From Candidatus Flemingiibacterium sp. (GTDB lineage Bacteria > Bacillota > Clostridia > Oscillospirales > CAG-272): a stretch of DNA of 64,000 bases. The stretch covers positions 3,075 through 67,074 of the forward strand of contig JAZQZL010000069.1 of the NCBI GenBank assembly GCA_045634005.1, read 5' to 3'. Made by a program: the position numbers and the translations under genes. The notes beneath the pieces are model-generated. The model did no database searches and was not told where the DNA came from. It saw only the letters and a list, made by a program, of their open reading frames with translations. This document shows positions 1 through 9,407 of the stretch, one piece after another. Each line of letters starts with the position of its first letter. Position 1 is the stretch's first letter.

Positions 1-254
1 GCCACAGAGCGAAGAAGCTTTTGCCTTTTCGCGTAGTCCACCGCCGCGCACGGTCTGCCGTATCTGCGGTTAGTTGCGGTCTGCGCCCTCGCCTTTACCT
101 CAAAAAACACGATGTGTCCGTCGTCCTCGGCAATCATATCTATCTCATCGTGCGACACGCGTGTATTGCGCGCCGTCACGGTGTATCCGTTCTTTGTAAG
201 ATACTCTGCGGCAAGCTCCTCGCCGCGCTTTCCGATGTCGCCCCTGTAGCTCAT
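1..254 (-). CDS. yraN: YraN/UPF0102 family endonuclease-like protein (N-terminal part only; the gene runs off the window edge)
   Basis: Absent from the ORF track because there is no stop in the window. The minus-strand ATG at 252-254 overlaps the rnhB stop (ATGA). My translation is [56 protein letters not shown]..., which fits the YraN signature. rnhB-yraN linkage is typical of Firmicutes. Confidence 0.7.
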   Translation of the reverse strand, partial: MSYRGDIGKRGEELAAEYLTKNGYTVTARNTRVSHDEIDMIAEDDGHIVFFEVKARAQTATNRRYGRPCAAVDYAKRQKLLRSV

Positions 255-865
255 TTCGTGTCGAGATTTTTAAGGAAGCACAAGCGGTATATCGGCGGTA
301 TCTCGCCATTTTCGGCTATGTATGCCTTCAGCGCCTCATAGTGTGCCTTGGTCGGATAGCCCTTGTGCTTTGCTAGGAGTAATGTCGGGTACGCCTTATC
401 AAGCTCGTAAAGCTCGCGGTCACGCGTCACCTTCGCGAGTATCGATGCCGCCGCTATTGACGGCGATTTCGCATCTCCGCCGACGATTGTCACCGTGTCC
501 ATCGTAAACTCGCGTGCAACGTTTCCGTCAACGAGCGTGAGGTCGGGAGATGGAGTAAGCTTCGCTACCGCACGGCGCATCGCAAGCTGCGAGGCATTCA
601 GTATGTTGTATTCATCGATCTCCGCAGGAGTTGCCTCTGCAACTGCCCACGAGATTGCCTTTTCGATTATAAGATCGTAAAGCGCATCACGGCGCTTTTC
701 GGTAAGCTTTTTGGAGTCGTTGAGATACGGAAGCTCAATGTCCTCGGGCAGTATGCAAGCACCTGCAACAACGTTACCGCAAAGCGGTCCGCGACCTGCC
801 TCATCGGTGCCGCAAATGATCTTATATCCCTTGGCGGCATATTCCTTTTCAATAGCAAAATCCAT
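251..865 (-). CDS. rnhB: Ribonuclease HII
   Basis: ORF 251..886. The likely start is ATG 863-865 (MDFAIEKE), preceded by GGAGG. The [18 protein letters not shown] and DSKKL motifs are typical of RNase HII. Confidence 0.9.
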   Translation of the reverse strand: MDFAIEKEYAAKGYKIICGTDEAGRGPLCGNVVAGACILPEDIELPYLNDSKKLTEKRRDALYDLIIEKAISWAVAEATPAEIDEYNILNASQLAMRRAVAKLTPSPDLTLVDGNVAREFTMDTVTIVGGDAKSPSIAAASILAKVTRDRELYELDKAYPTLLLAKHKGYPTKAHYEALKAYIAENGEIPPIYRLCFLKNLDTK

Positions 866-1086
866 AATAGCCTCCACCATTAACACAAATCAACTTTTCC
901 AAATGCAAACTCCAAAAGTGTGGCAACACAATCGGCCACCGCAAACAGTAGTTGGGATGCCGACACGGGTGTCGGCAGGGCCCCGACTGGCTGGAGCGTG
1001 GATTACGGTTTAGCCAAAGACTCTGTTAGCGAATGCGTTGTTTGAAAGTTTTTGCGGAGCTTTTTTCAAAAAGCGACCGTAACTCC

Positions 1087-1956
1087 TTACATCGGCGGTA
1101 ACTCTAAAGTAATGCGTCCGATCTTCGCGCCGCGGAACTCATCGAGGAGCATATTCGCGGTGCGCTCGTAGTTTATCTCGCCGCCCGAGATGAGAAATCC
1201 GCGCTTCTTACCGATAACCTCGAAAAGCTCCCAATCCTCAAGAAGCTCATACTGCGAGAGATCACCGAGCTTGTAGCGCTCGGAGAGCTTATCGGGCGCA
1301 GTTCTGCGAAGTCTGCCAACGAGCAAGATAGCAATATGCTCGGTATCGAGAATATCGTCCTTGATAGCACCCGTCATAGCGAGGTTTTCGCCGACTATTC
1401 TATCTTCAAACTTCGGCCACAAAACGCCCGGCATATCAAGAAGATCAATGCCGATCGTCGTGGGTATCCACTGTTTTGTGCGCGTAACGCCCGGTCTGTC
1501 CTCAACCTTCGCCTTGCCCGAACCTGCAAGCTTGTTAATAAGCGAGGATTTTCCGACGTTCGGTATGCCAACCATCATCGCGCGAACGTGACGTCCGCTC
1601 ATTCCCTTCGACTCATAGCGCTCAAGCTTTTCTTCAAGCACACGCTTGATCGCAGGCTCGATCGCGTTCATATTCGCGCCGTCGCGGCAGTCGTAGAAGA
1701 TTGCTTCCTTACCCTGCGACTTGTAGTAATCGCGCCACAGCTTGCTTATCTCGGGATCTGCAAGTCCCGATTTTGAAAGCACAGTCAGGCGCGGCTTGTT
1801 CTCGCAAAGACGCTCGAGATCGGGATTCTTCGAGCTTTGCGGTATACGCGCATCGAGTATTTCTATAACTATGTCAACAAGCGGCAGACATTCCGTGATA
1901 AGCCGCTTGGTTTTGGCCATATGGCCGGGAAACCACTGTATTACTTCAGATGGCAT
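1087..1956 (-). CDS. rbgA: Ribosome biogenesis GTPase A (YlqF/RbgA family, circularly permuted GTPase)
   Basis: N-terminal WFPGHMAK motif and P-loop GIPNVGKSSLINKL located after the G4 region. Conserved rbgA-rnhB neighbourhood. Confidence 0.9.
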   Translation of the reverse strand: MPSEVIQWFPGHMAKTKRLITECLPLVDIVIEILDARIPQSSKNPDLERLCENKPRLTVLSKSGLADPEISKLWRDYYKSQGKEAIFYDCRDGANMNAIEPAIKRVLEEKLERYESKGMSGRHVRAMMVGIPNVGKSSLINKLAGSGKAKVEDRPGVTRTKQWIPTTIGIDLLDMPGVLWPKFEDRIVGENLAMTGAIKDDILDTEHIAILLVGRLRRTAPDKLSERYKLGDLSQYELLEDWELFEVIGKKRGFLISGGEINYERTANMLLDEFRGAKIGRITLELPPM

Positions 1957-1966
1957 AGCCGCCTCC

Positions 1967-2575
1967 TTATTTTATCGCTCCGAACTTATCAAGCGGAGTC
2001 ACGCGAAACAGAACACGTCCGAATATAAATCTAGTATCAACAAAGCCTATATCCGAGTCGCGGCTGTCGTTTGAATGGTTTCGGTTGTCGCCCATAACGA
2101 AAACGTGTCCCTCGGGAACTGTTATCGGGAACTGCACGTCATACTCGCGCATACGGTATCCCTGCAGGTAGTTAACGTACGGCTCATCGAGCTCAACGCC
2201 GTCCACAAAGACGCGCCACATATCAAAATCAATGTCAACGACCTGTCCCTCGGTTGCAATAACACGCTTTACAATTCCACCCTCAACACGGCTGTCAGGC
2301 GACTGAAACACAACGATATCGCCCTGCTTTGGCGTGTAAAAAAGATTGCTTACAACAAGAGTTTCACCGTCGTGAAGCGTCTGATTCATCGACGGTCCGT
2401 CGACGTATGCAATACGTACGAGAAAAGTAAAGATGAGCAGTATCGCCGATATGGTAACGACGAATATCTCAACCCAATCGTAAAGCTCACGAACGAGTTT
2501 TTTCGCTCTCTGCGTGCCGTTGTCGGGCATATTTTCTTCGTTTGGTGTAATATTTTCATTCGGAGATGTGTTCAT
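1967..2575 (-). CDS. lepB: Signal peptidase I
   Basis: N-terminal TM helix, catalytic Ser box GPSMNQTL and GDNRNHSNDSR box. Confidence 0.9.
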   Translation of the reverse strand: MNTSPNENITPNEENMPDNGTQRAKKLVRELYDWVEIFVVTISAILLIFTFLVRIAYVDGPSMNQTLHDGETLVVSNLFYTPKQGDIVVFQSPDSRVEGGIVKRVIATEGQVVDIDFDMWRVFVDGVELDEPYVNYLQGYRMREYDVQFPITVPEGHVFVMGDNRNHSNDSRDSDIGFVDTRFIFGRVLFRVTPLDKFGAIK

Positions 2576-2603
2576 TGTTTGTTTCTCCTTTTCAAAATGC
2601 GGA

Positions 2604-3815
2604 TTATTTCTCTATCATATAGGAGAACAGATCCTGTCCGTGCTCGATGTAAAGTCCTGCAGCCTCACAGCTTTCCTCCGTGAAGCATTCGACGCCGTCC
2701 TTCCTTTCCTTCGAGGAATAAATAAAGAACGGAACGGGCTCCATGGAATGTGTGCGAAGCGCAAGCGGCGTGGGATGATCGGGAAGAACCATTATCTTGT
2801 AGTCCTCGCCCGTGGATTCGAGATACTCGTATACGGGGCGGAGAATAAGCTCGTCGATCTTTTCAATAGAGAGCACCTTATTGTCGATCTCCGCTCTGTG
2901 GCCGCACTCGTCGGGCGCTTCAACGTGAACGTAAACGAGCCCCTTTTCATTTTCAAACGCCTCGATAGCCGCATCTGCCTTACCGGTGAAATTGGTGTGC
3001 ACGTTGCCCGTCGCGCCTTCAACGTCGATAGACTGAAGTCCCGCACAGATACCGATTCCCTTGATAAGGTCAACGGCAGAAATAACCGCACCGCTGATGC
3101 CCCACTTTTCGTAGAAGCTCGGAAGCATAGGCTTTTTGCCGGGGCTCCACAGCCAGATGGAGTTCGCAGGACGCAGACCGCGTGCGCGGCGCGCCTCGTT
3201 TATCGGGTGATGGTTTAAAATATCATAGCTCGCGCGCATAAGCTCATAGAAGGGCTTGCCTGCCTCGCCGCTCGGCAGATACTCGCCGATACGCTTGCCG
3301 AGAATATCGTGCGGACGCATAAAATTATACTCGCTCGGAGTATTGTTCCATATCATACAGTGACGGTAGCTGACGCCAGTGTAGAAGTGACGGAACTCGG
3401 TTCCGAATCTCTCCTCCATTGCACGCATAAGCTCGCTTGCTTCTTCGGTGGTGATCTCGTCTGCGGAGTGGTCGAGAATTATCTTATCGTCGTAATTCTC
3501 CTCCTCTTCGCTTATAGTTACCACGTTGCAGCGATATGCGGTATCCTCGGGGCGCATCGTAAGTCCCATAGAAACTGCCTCAAGCGGAGAACGTCCCTTG
3601 CTGTAGATTTTGGGGTCGTACGAAAGCACGGCGATGTTCGCGGTGTCAGACTCGGGAACCATTCCCTCGGGAACGTTCGAAACGGTGCCGCAAAGAGATT
3701 TTTTGGCGAGCTCATCCATCATCGGCTTGTTAGCAGCCTCCATAGGAGTTTTGTCGCCAAGCGCTTCGATCTTATAATCTGCCATACCGTCGCAGAGTAA
3801 AACAAAATATTTCAT
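2604..3815 (-). CDS. apgM: Cofactor-independent phosphoglycerate mutase, ApgM type (alkaline-phosphatase superfamily)
   Basis: The track ORF starts at a TTG. ATG at 3813-3815 gives the family-typical N-terminus MKYFVLLCDGMADY. VHVEAPDECGH metal-site motif present. Confidence 0.8.
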   Translation of the reverse strand: MKYFVLLCDGMADYKIEALGDKTPMEAANKPMMDELAKKSLCGTVSNVPEGMVPESDTANIAVLSYDPKIYSKGRSPLEAVSMGLTMRPEDTAYRCNVVTISEEEENYDDKIILDHSADEITTEEASELMRAMEERFGTEFRHFYTGVSYRHCMIWNNTPSEYNFMRPHDILGKRIGEYLPSGEAGKPFYELMRASYDILNHHPINEARRARGLRPANSIWLWSPGKKPMLPSFYEKWGISGAVISAVDLIKGIGICAGLQSIDVEGATGNVHTNFTGKADAAIEAFENEKGLVYVHVEAPDECGHRAEIDNKVLSIEKIDELILRPVYEYLESTGEDYKIMVLPDHPTPLALRTHSMEPVPFFIYSSKERKDGVECFTEESCEAAGLYIEHGQDLFSYMIEK

Positions 3816-3934
3816 AATAACGTTGTCCTTCAAAAATAAGTCATTTGGAATAGAATCTTAAACATAACTATTCATTATATATTATATCACAAAAAAACGC
3901 AAATCACAATTGCGAATACGGATAAATTTTTAGC

Positions 3935-3973
3935 CAAAAAACGCGCTTGAGATGTTGATTTTCCCAAGCGCGT
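3935..3973 (-). terminator. Rho-independent terminator after tadA
   Basis: 9-bp stem ACGCGCTTG / CAAGCGCGT (3941-3949 / 3965-3973) followed on the minus strand by a T-run (A-run 3936-3940 on plus). Confidence 0.6.
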
Positions 3974-3995
3974 CCGTAATATATTATTTTTCGAG

Positions 3996-4454
3996 TTATT
4001 TTCGCTTCTCCCGAATGCGTGCAAAAAACTCCTGCAAAAGCGCAGACGCTTCCCTTTCGCACACACCGAAAACCATCTCCGGCTTGTGGTTGAGCGGATA
4101 GAAATTAAGGTTCAGCACGCTTCCCATAGCGCCTGCCTTTGCATCCTTTGCGCCGACCACGACTCGCTTTATACGCGAGTTGACTATCGCTCCGGCACAC
4201 ATTGTGCACGGCTCGAGGGTTACGTACAGATCGCATTTATGAAGCCGCCAGCCGCCAAGTCTTTTGCAAGCCGCATCTATAGCGAGCAGCTCTGCGTGAG
4301 CAAGCGCGTTTTTGTCGCATTCGCGACGGTTGTACGCCTCCGCGATTATCTCGCCGTCAAGCACGACGAGGGCACCCACAGGCACCTCTCCGATAGCCGC
4401 CGCCTCACCTGCAAGCTCGAGCGCGCGACGCATAAATCTTTCGTCACTCTGCAT
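3996..4454 (-). CDS. tadA: tRNA adenosine(34) deaminase
   Basis: CMP/dCMP-deaminase zinc motifs HAELLAI and PCTMCAGAI; about 150 aa. Confidence 0.9.
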   Translation of the reverse strand: MQSDERFMRRALELAGEAAAIGEVPVGALVVLDGEIIAEAYNRRECDKNALAHAELLAIDAACKRLGGWRLHKCDLYVTLEPCTMCAGAIVNSRIKRVVVGAKDAKAGAMGSVLNLNFYPLNHKPEMVFGVCEREASALLQEFFARIREKRK

Positions 4455-5709
4455 CTGTGCTTTCCTCCGCCACTGCCTTCGGTGCTACAAGCCACGCATT
4501 CGGAAGCCGTCTGCCGTAGGTGGGGTTAAGTGAGCTGTTTTTGTTTAAAACCTCGTCGTTATATGCAAGCACGCTCGACGAGCCGCCGTCACAGCACGCG
4601 GCATTTACAATTCCGTATTTTAAAAGGACCTCCGTAAGATCGCCCATCGTACAGCCGATGCTCCACGCAGGCTGTCTGCCGTCGATAACGAGGAACGCGA
4701 TAACGCCGTCCTCGCGCTGACCGATAGCGGTACGCGGCTGTATGCCGTAGCCGCCCGAGCCCTGTATCTGTGCCTCGCCGTCCGCAATGAGCACGGGACC
4801 GAACTGTATACCTGCACGGATATTATAATTTTCCCAATCCTTGACGTTTCCGACGACAAGCTTATCGTCCTCAGTCAGAAGTACCGCGCCGTAAAAATCG
4901 ACCGCGTGACCCCAATATTCGCCGTCGGAGTAGGAAAGTCCCATTATATCTCCTCCGTGTCCCGAGTCGTTCGGGTCAGAAAAGCCACTCGCATTGATGC
5001 CTGCGATAGCGCCGTAGTGCGACATCATCGCCTTTATACGAAGGCCCTCCACGTGCTTGTATGGCGTTGTTCCGAGATACACGCGCGAGGGATCGTCAAT
5101 AAGCATAATAAGTCCCTTATACGCCGCGCCCTCGATTTCGGAAATAACTATTCCCTGCTCGATATCGTTGACTAAAACGTTGTAGCCTGCATAATCCGGC
5201 TCACCGACTGTAAGCTTACTCTGCCCGAGAATGTCCTCGATAACCGGCTCGTCAGAGATGTCAGGATCGTCGGTCAGATGCTCCGAACCGCCGACAACCT
5301 CGGAGGTATCGGTCATCTGTGCCATAACATCATCAATTATATTTTTCGGAATAAATGCCGTGGCGAGCCATTGATGGTCCGCCGTGGTCATAGCGGTTTC
5401 AATATATATCGTGCGCCAATATTTTATAAACGGTATGCCCGAAAACACGAACGTCAAATAAGCTGTCGCTATAAGAATGAGCGCTATAAGCGGTATAAGC
5501 ACGCGCTTTTTGCGAATAATACGCCAAAAGCCACCGCTCTTTTGAGGCGAGCGCTTGCTCTGTGTCACAGTATTCTCCTCCTGCCGTTTTTCAAGTTTAC
5601 TACATACCATTATAGAATATGCTACCGAATTGCGTGTTAATAATGTGTAAAATTTTATCATATTTTCGTGCCTTTTTGAAAACGCCGCTCTTTGTGCCAC
5701 ACTGCGCAA
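4444..5709 (-). CDS. Phosphodiester glycosidase (NAGPA/DUF2233-like) family membrane-anchored protein; start uncertain
   Basis: One TM helix (VLIPLIALILIATAYLTFVF). C-terminal GPRTAIGQREDGVIAFLVIDGRQ and CDGGSSS segments are typical of the family. Overlaps the tadA start by 11 nt. Confidence 0.65.
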   Translation of the reverse strand: MRSVAQRAAFSKRHENMIKFYTLLTRNSVAYSIMVCSKLEKRQEENTVTQSKRSPQKSGGFWRIIRKKRVLIPLIALILIATAYLTFVFSGIPFIKYWRTIYIETAMTTADHQWLATAFIPKNIIDDVMAQMTDTSEVVGGSEHLTDDPDISDEPVIEDILGQSKLTVGEPDYAGYNVLVNDIEQGIVISEIEGAAYKGLIMLIDDPSRVYLGTTPYKHVEGLRIKAMMSHYGAIAGINASGFSDPNDSGHGGDIMGLSYSDGEYWGHAVDFYGAVLLTEDDKLVVGNVKDWENYNIRAGIQFGPVLIADGEAQIQGSGGYGIQPRTAIGQREDGVIAFLVIDGRQPAWSIGCTMGDLTEVLLKYGIVNAACCDGGSSSVLAYNDEVLNKNSSLNPTYGRRLPNAWLVAPKAVAEESTDAE

Positions 5710-5802
5710 ATATTGTTACTCATACAAAAGCCGCGTGTGCGCAAATTAGTTTCGCGGCGTTTTTCGCCTGATTCGATTACGTGCAGCTTGGAGAAAATTA
5801 CA

Positions 5803-6840
5803 ATGATAACAACAAATAAAAACCGCCTGTCGCGTAGACTCACGTCGACGGTCTGTGCCGCCCTTTTATTTATACTATCAAGCACAGGAACACCGCTTCA
5901 CGCCACAAGCGCTAATATAAAGCTCATCCCCGGCGGTGTACCGTTCGGTGTCAAGCTTTACGCAGAGGGTGTTTCGGTCGTGGGCATCGCCGACGTAAAA
6001 TGCGCCGCAGAGAGCGTAAGCCCTGCGCGTGACGCAGGCATCCTTGAAAAGGATATAATTTTAGCTCTCAACGGCAAAAGCGTTAGTGCAGCAACAGAGG
6101 TATCCGACATCGTATCGGCGAGCGAGGGTGCTTCGATAGAGGTAACGGTGCAGCGGGGGAGCGAGCAGTTTACAACGTCGCTTACACCCGTACGCTCAAA
6201 TGAGGACGGGAAATACAAGGCAGGACTTTTAATTCGCGACGGCGCGGCAGGAATCGGCACGGTAACGTACGTCGATCCTGACGACGGAAGCTTCGCAGGC
6301 CTCGGGCACGGAATATGTGAAGGGGGCACTGCCGAGCTTGCGCCCTTGAAGCGCGGCGCAGTCGTCAACGTCACGGTAAGCGGCATCACAAAAGGTCAGA
6401 TAGGCGCACCGGGTGAACTCAAGGGATATTTCAGTTCTGGTAAGATCGGAACGCTTTTCAGTAACACCGAATGCGGTGTCTACGGCATTTTCGCGAAATA
6501 TCCCGACGGACTTTCCTTGGAGGCGGTCGAAGTAGCCCCCGCGGGCGAAATATGCGTTGGTGATGCCGAGCTTTGGTGTACCACCGACAGCGGCGGCATC
6601 GGCAAGTACGCAGTTAAGATAAGCGAGGTCGACCACTCGGGCAGAAGCGTCAAGAATTTCGTAGTGACGGTCACCGATCCGGCGCTTCTTGAAAGGACGG
6701 GCGGTATCGTTCAGGGAATGTCTGGCTCGCCGATCTTACAAAACGGCAAGCTCGTCGGCGCCCTGACGCACGTGCTCGTCAACGACCCGACACGCGGATA
6801 CGGGATTTTTATTGAGAATATGCTCGCGGCAGCAAAGTAA
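5803..6840 (+). CDS. spoIVB: SpoIVB peptidase (stage IV sporulation signalling serine protease, PDZ + S55)
   Basis: Start refined to ATG 5803 (MITTNKNRL, RBS GGAGAA). IPGGVPFGVKLYAEGVSVVG, PDZ region and catalytic GMSGSPI motif. Confidence 0.85.
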   Translation: MITTNKNRLSRRLTSTVCAALLFILSSTGTPLHATSANIKLIPGGVPFGVKLYAEGVSVVGIADVKCAAESVSPARDAGILEKDIILALNGKSVSAATEVSDIVSASEGASIEVTVQRGSEQFTTSLTPVRSNEDGKYKAGLLIRDGAAGIGTVTYVDPDDGSFAGLGHGICEGGTAELAPLKRGAVVNVTVSGITKGQIGAPGELKGYFSSGKIGTLFSNTECGVYGIFAKYPDGLSLEAVEVAPAGEICVGDAELWCTTDSGGIGKYAVKISEVDHSGRSVKNFVVTVTDPALLERTGGIVQGMSGSPILQNGKLVGALTHVLVNDPTRGYGIFIENMLAAAK

Positions 6841-6855
6841 AAAGATCAAAATAGA

Positions 6856-6881
6856 AAAGTGGCAGAATAATCTGCCACTTT
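6856..6881. terminator. Bidirectional hairpin between convergent spoIVB and an AraC-family gene
   Basis: AAAGTGGCAGA-ATAA-TCTGCCACTTT, an 11-bp perfect stem flanked by A/T runs. Confidence 0.7.
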
Positions 6882-7675
6882 CATATTTTACAGCATTGTT
6901 TTTTGTATTCTTTCAAGGAAATACCGGTATGATACTTAAAAAATTTGCGCATTAATTCCGGAGAGCCAAAATCCAATTTCTGCGCAATCTCTTTTGTTGA
7001 AAACGTTGAATTTCCGATCAAGCGCCTGATTTCGGTAATTCGTATTTCCGCTATAATATCGTTTAGGCATTTACCGCTGTATTTTTTCACCGTGCGATTC
7101 AAGTGTGCTACACTGCAATTCATAGCATTTGCCGTAATTTGAGCATTTATATTGGATACGGCATTTTGTTCTATCCATTTCCGACACCTCTGATACAGGC
7201 CGAGATCCGCAGGATGAGAATCACACAAATTATTCAGCGTATTCAGCACATTGAGAAGCAGCCCCTCATTAACCCCTGAAATCAAACCCGATAAAAAACA
7301 GTTATCGTAAATTTTTTTGATATATTGGGCTATTTCAAAAGTGGGCTTGATAATTCGGATGCTTTCATCGAATAGCAGGATCTCATCCGAATAATCATAA
7401 GTTATCTCAATTAAATTTGCGCAGTCGGAGGAAGAAAGCGTAAAATTGCCAAACCTTGAAATATGCAAAACGCTTCCGGCGGATACTTTTTTGTTATTCA
7501 GAAAAACATTGCCTGCCTCAACAAAAAATAGGACGTGCGTTTGTGCAAGATTACATTGGTAAAGAAATTTGTTATTTAAATGATGGTATTCCACTTTAGA
7601 GATGTTGAGGAAGGTTTGTTTGATCGTTCTTTCGCCGTTCAGATATTTTTTGTCGCCATTATCAATATAAATCAT
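6881..7675 (-). CDS. AraC family transcriptional regulator (low-GC cassette)
   Basis: C-terminal double HTH (NCSVAHLNRTVKKYSGK..., STKEIAQKLDFGSPELMRKFFKYHTG). The track ORF extends to 7765, but ATG 7673-7675 (MIYIDNGDKKY) leaves a sensible divergent promoter region. Confidence 0.75.
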   Translation of the reverse strand: MIYIDNGDKKYLNGERTIKQTFLNISKVEYHHLNNKFLYQCNLAQTHVLFFVEAGNVFLNNKKVSAGSVLHISRFGNFTLSSSDCANLIEITYDYSDEILLFDESIRIIKPTFEIAQYIKKIYDNCFLSGLISGVNEGLLLNVLNTLNNLCDSHPADLGLYQRCRKWIEQNAVSNINAQITANAMNCSVAHLNRTVKKYSGKCLNDIIAEIRITEIRRLIGNSTFSTKEIAQKLDFGSPELMRKFFKYHTGISLKEYKKQCCKI

Positions 7676-7783
7676 ATCGCATTTTTCCTGTTTATGTTGT
7701 TTTTTTCTATTGATAAAATAATTGCCAGATGTTATTATTATACTGTAGTACAGTATAATTTTCAAGAGAGAAGGAGAAAATTT

Positions 7784-9337
7784 ATGGTATTAAAGATAAC
7801 AAAAAAGTATTTGATTTTTCCTGTAAACACTCTTTGCTCAAAAAAGACGGTGTCCTTTAAATCAAACGGCGAAACAGTGTATAAACTAAATATAAAGCTT
7901 GACAATTTTAGTCCGAATTTTTATTCTTACATAGACCTTTCAAGATTTATCGGACAAACACTAGATATCCTTGTATCACCCGAAATGAAGCTGGAATTTC
8001 GTGAGTCCGATGAAATAGACATTGATAATCTGTATCATGAGCCTATGCGTCCGCAAGTTCATTTCACAACAAAGAACGGTTGGATAAATGACCCGAACGG
8101 TCTTATCAATATTGATGGAACGTACCACCTGTTTTATCAGTACAATCCAACGGAGCCAAATTGGGATAACATGCATTGGGGTCATGCGCAAAGTAAAGAT
8201 CTGATTCATTGGGAGGAAAAAGATACATCACTTTTCCCTGACGAGCGCGGAACTATGTTCTCGGGATGCGCCATTCTGGACAAAAACAACCTTATCGTAA
8301 AAAACGATGACGGCAGGAAAGCAGCACTGTTATTTTATACAACAACCAATCCTTTCTGCCAGCATATGTCATATTCCAATGACGGATTCAAAACGATTGA
8401 ACGCTATAGAACAGAGCCCGTAGTCCCACATATTGCGGGACGGAACCGCGATCCCAAAGTAGTATTTTGCGATGAGCTTGACTGCTATGTTATGGTTCTT
8501 TATCTGGAAAAAGGAGAGTACTGTATTTTCAAATCGGATAATTTAGTCGATTGGAGCGAGCTGCAACGCGTACAGTTTACCGGCGAAAGAGAATGCCCGG
8601 ATATCTTCCCGATCGAAAGCGACAACGGCGAGCGCAAATGGGTTTTGATGGGTGCCGGCGATAAATATTTGGTTGGCAATTTTGAAAACGGAAAATTCGT
8701 TCCCGAGCAATCCGTGTTATCACTGCATTACGGAAATATCGGTTACGCGGGACAGTCTTTCAGTAATTTGCCGAACGGACGAATCGTAAGAGTGGTTTGG
8801 GATCGCTGGCATTTGCCCACATTTAATTTTTGCGGTCAAATGGGCATTCCAATGGAGCTGTCACTCAGTAAATATAATGGGATATACTATCTCCAAGCAT
8901 ATCCCGTTGACGAAATCAAATGTATTTATAATGACACAAAAGCATACGGCAATATTGCGATTTCTCCGAACTCAGCGTTCGTTGAAGAACTCAAAACCAC
9001 CGCACAGTTGTTGAAGATCAAGAGCGGAAATTTAAAGAGCGGTAAAATGACCGTCAGTGTATTTGGCAAAGAAATCAGCTTTGACTTTTCAAACAATACA
9101 ATGACTATAGGTGATTGTAAAGCACCTATCTCCCTGACACACGGCAAATTTGATATCACCGCTATTGTAGATCGAGCAAGCTTGGAGATATTTGCTGATG
9201 GCGGTAAAATATTCGTACCTTGTCTGGATGAAGATTCAGTAAGCGATTTTAACATTCCTTACCTTACTATTCAAGCGGATAGAGAAATAACATTAGAAAG
9301 TGTATCGGTCACTTCTCTTGATTCGATATGGGATTAA
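7784..9337 (+). CDS. Glycoside hydrolase family 32 (sucrose-6-phosphate hydrolase / beta-fructofuranosidase-like), cytoplasmic
   Basis: Start refined to ATG 7784 (MVLKITKKY, RBS AAGGAG). GH32 motifs WINDPNGL, FYQYNP, RDPKV and ECPD. No signal peptide. Confidence 0.9.
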   Translation: MVLKITKKYLIFPVNTLCSKKTVSFKSNGETVYKLNIKLDNFSPNFYSYIDLSRFIGQTLDILVSPEMKLEFRESDEIDIDNLYHEPMRPQVHFTTKNGWINDPNGLINIDGTYHLFYQYNPTEPNWDNMHWGHAQSKDLIHWEEKDTSLFPDERGTMFSGCAILDKNNLIVKNDDGRKAALLFYTTTNPFCQHMSYSNDGFKTIERYRTEPVVPHIAGRNRDPKVVFCDELDCYVMVLYLEKGEYCIFKSDNLVDWSELQRVQFTGERECPDIFPIESDNGERKWVLMGAGDKYLVGNFENGKFVPEQSVLSLHYGNIGYAGQSFSNLPNGRIVRVVWDRWHLPTFNFCGQMGIPMELSLSKYNGIYYLQAYPVDEIKCIYNDTKAYGNIAISPNSAFVEELKTTAQLLKIKSGNLKSGKMTVSVFGKEISFDFSNNTMTIGDCKAPISLTHGKFDITAIVDRASLEIFADGGKIFVPCLDEDSVSDFNIPYLTIQADREITLESVSVTSLDSIWD

Positions 9338-9366
9338 TACAGTAACCAAATCTAAATAAAATAAAG

Positions 9367-9402
9367 AAAAATGCTCACCACAACGTATAGGTGAGCATTT
9401 TT
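9367..9402. terminator. Bidirectional terminator between GH32 and kdgK
   Basis: AAAAATGCTCACC-N10-GGTGAGCATTTTT, a 13-bp stem including A/T tails. Confidence 0.8.
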
Positions 9403-9407
9403 ATTAT

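Noticed and set aside
5692-5802. N-terminal extensions of track ORFs. Examples: spoIVB from 5692, GH32 from 7580, GH51 from 38144, gdhA from 32580, barstar from 40426, feoB up to 63140, DUF4838-like 2 from 24621.
   Set aside because: In each case an internal ATG with a Shine-Dalgarno sequence reproduces the family-typical N-terminus. The extension would run through promoter or terminator elements.
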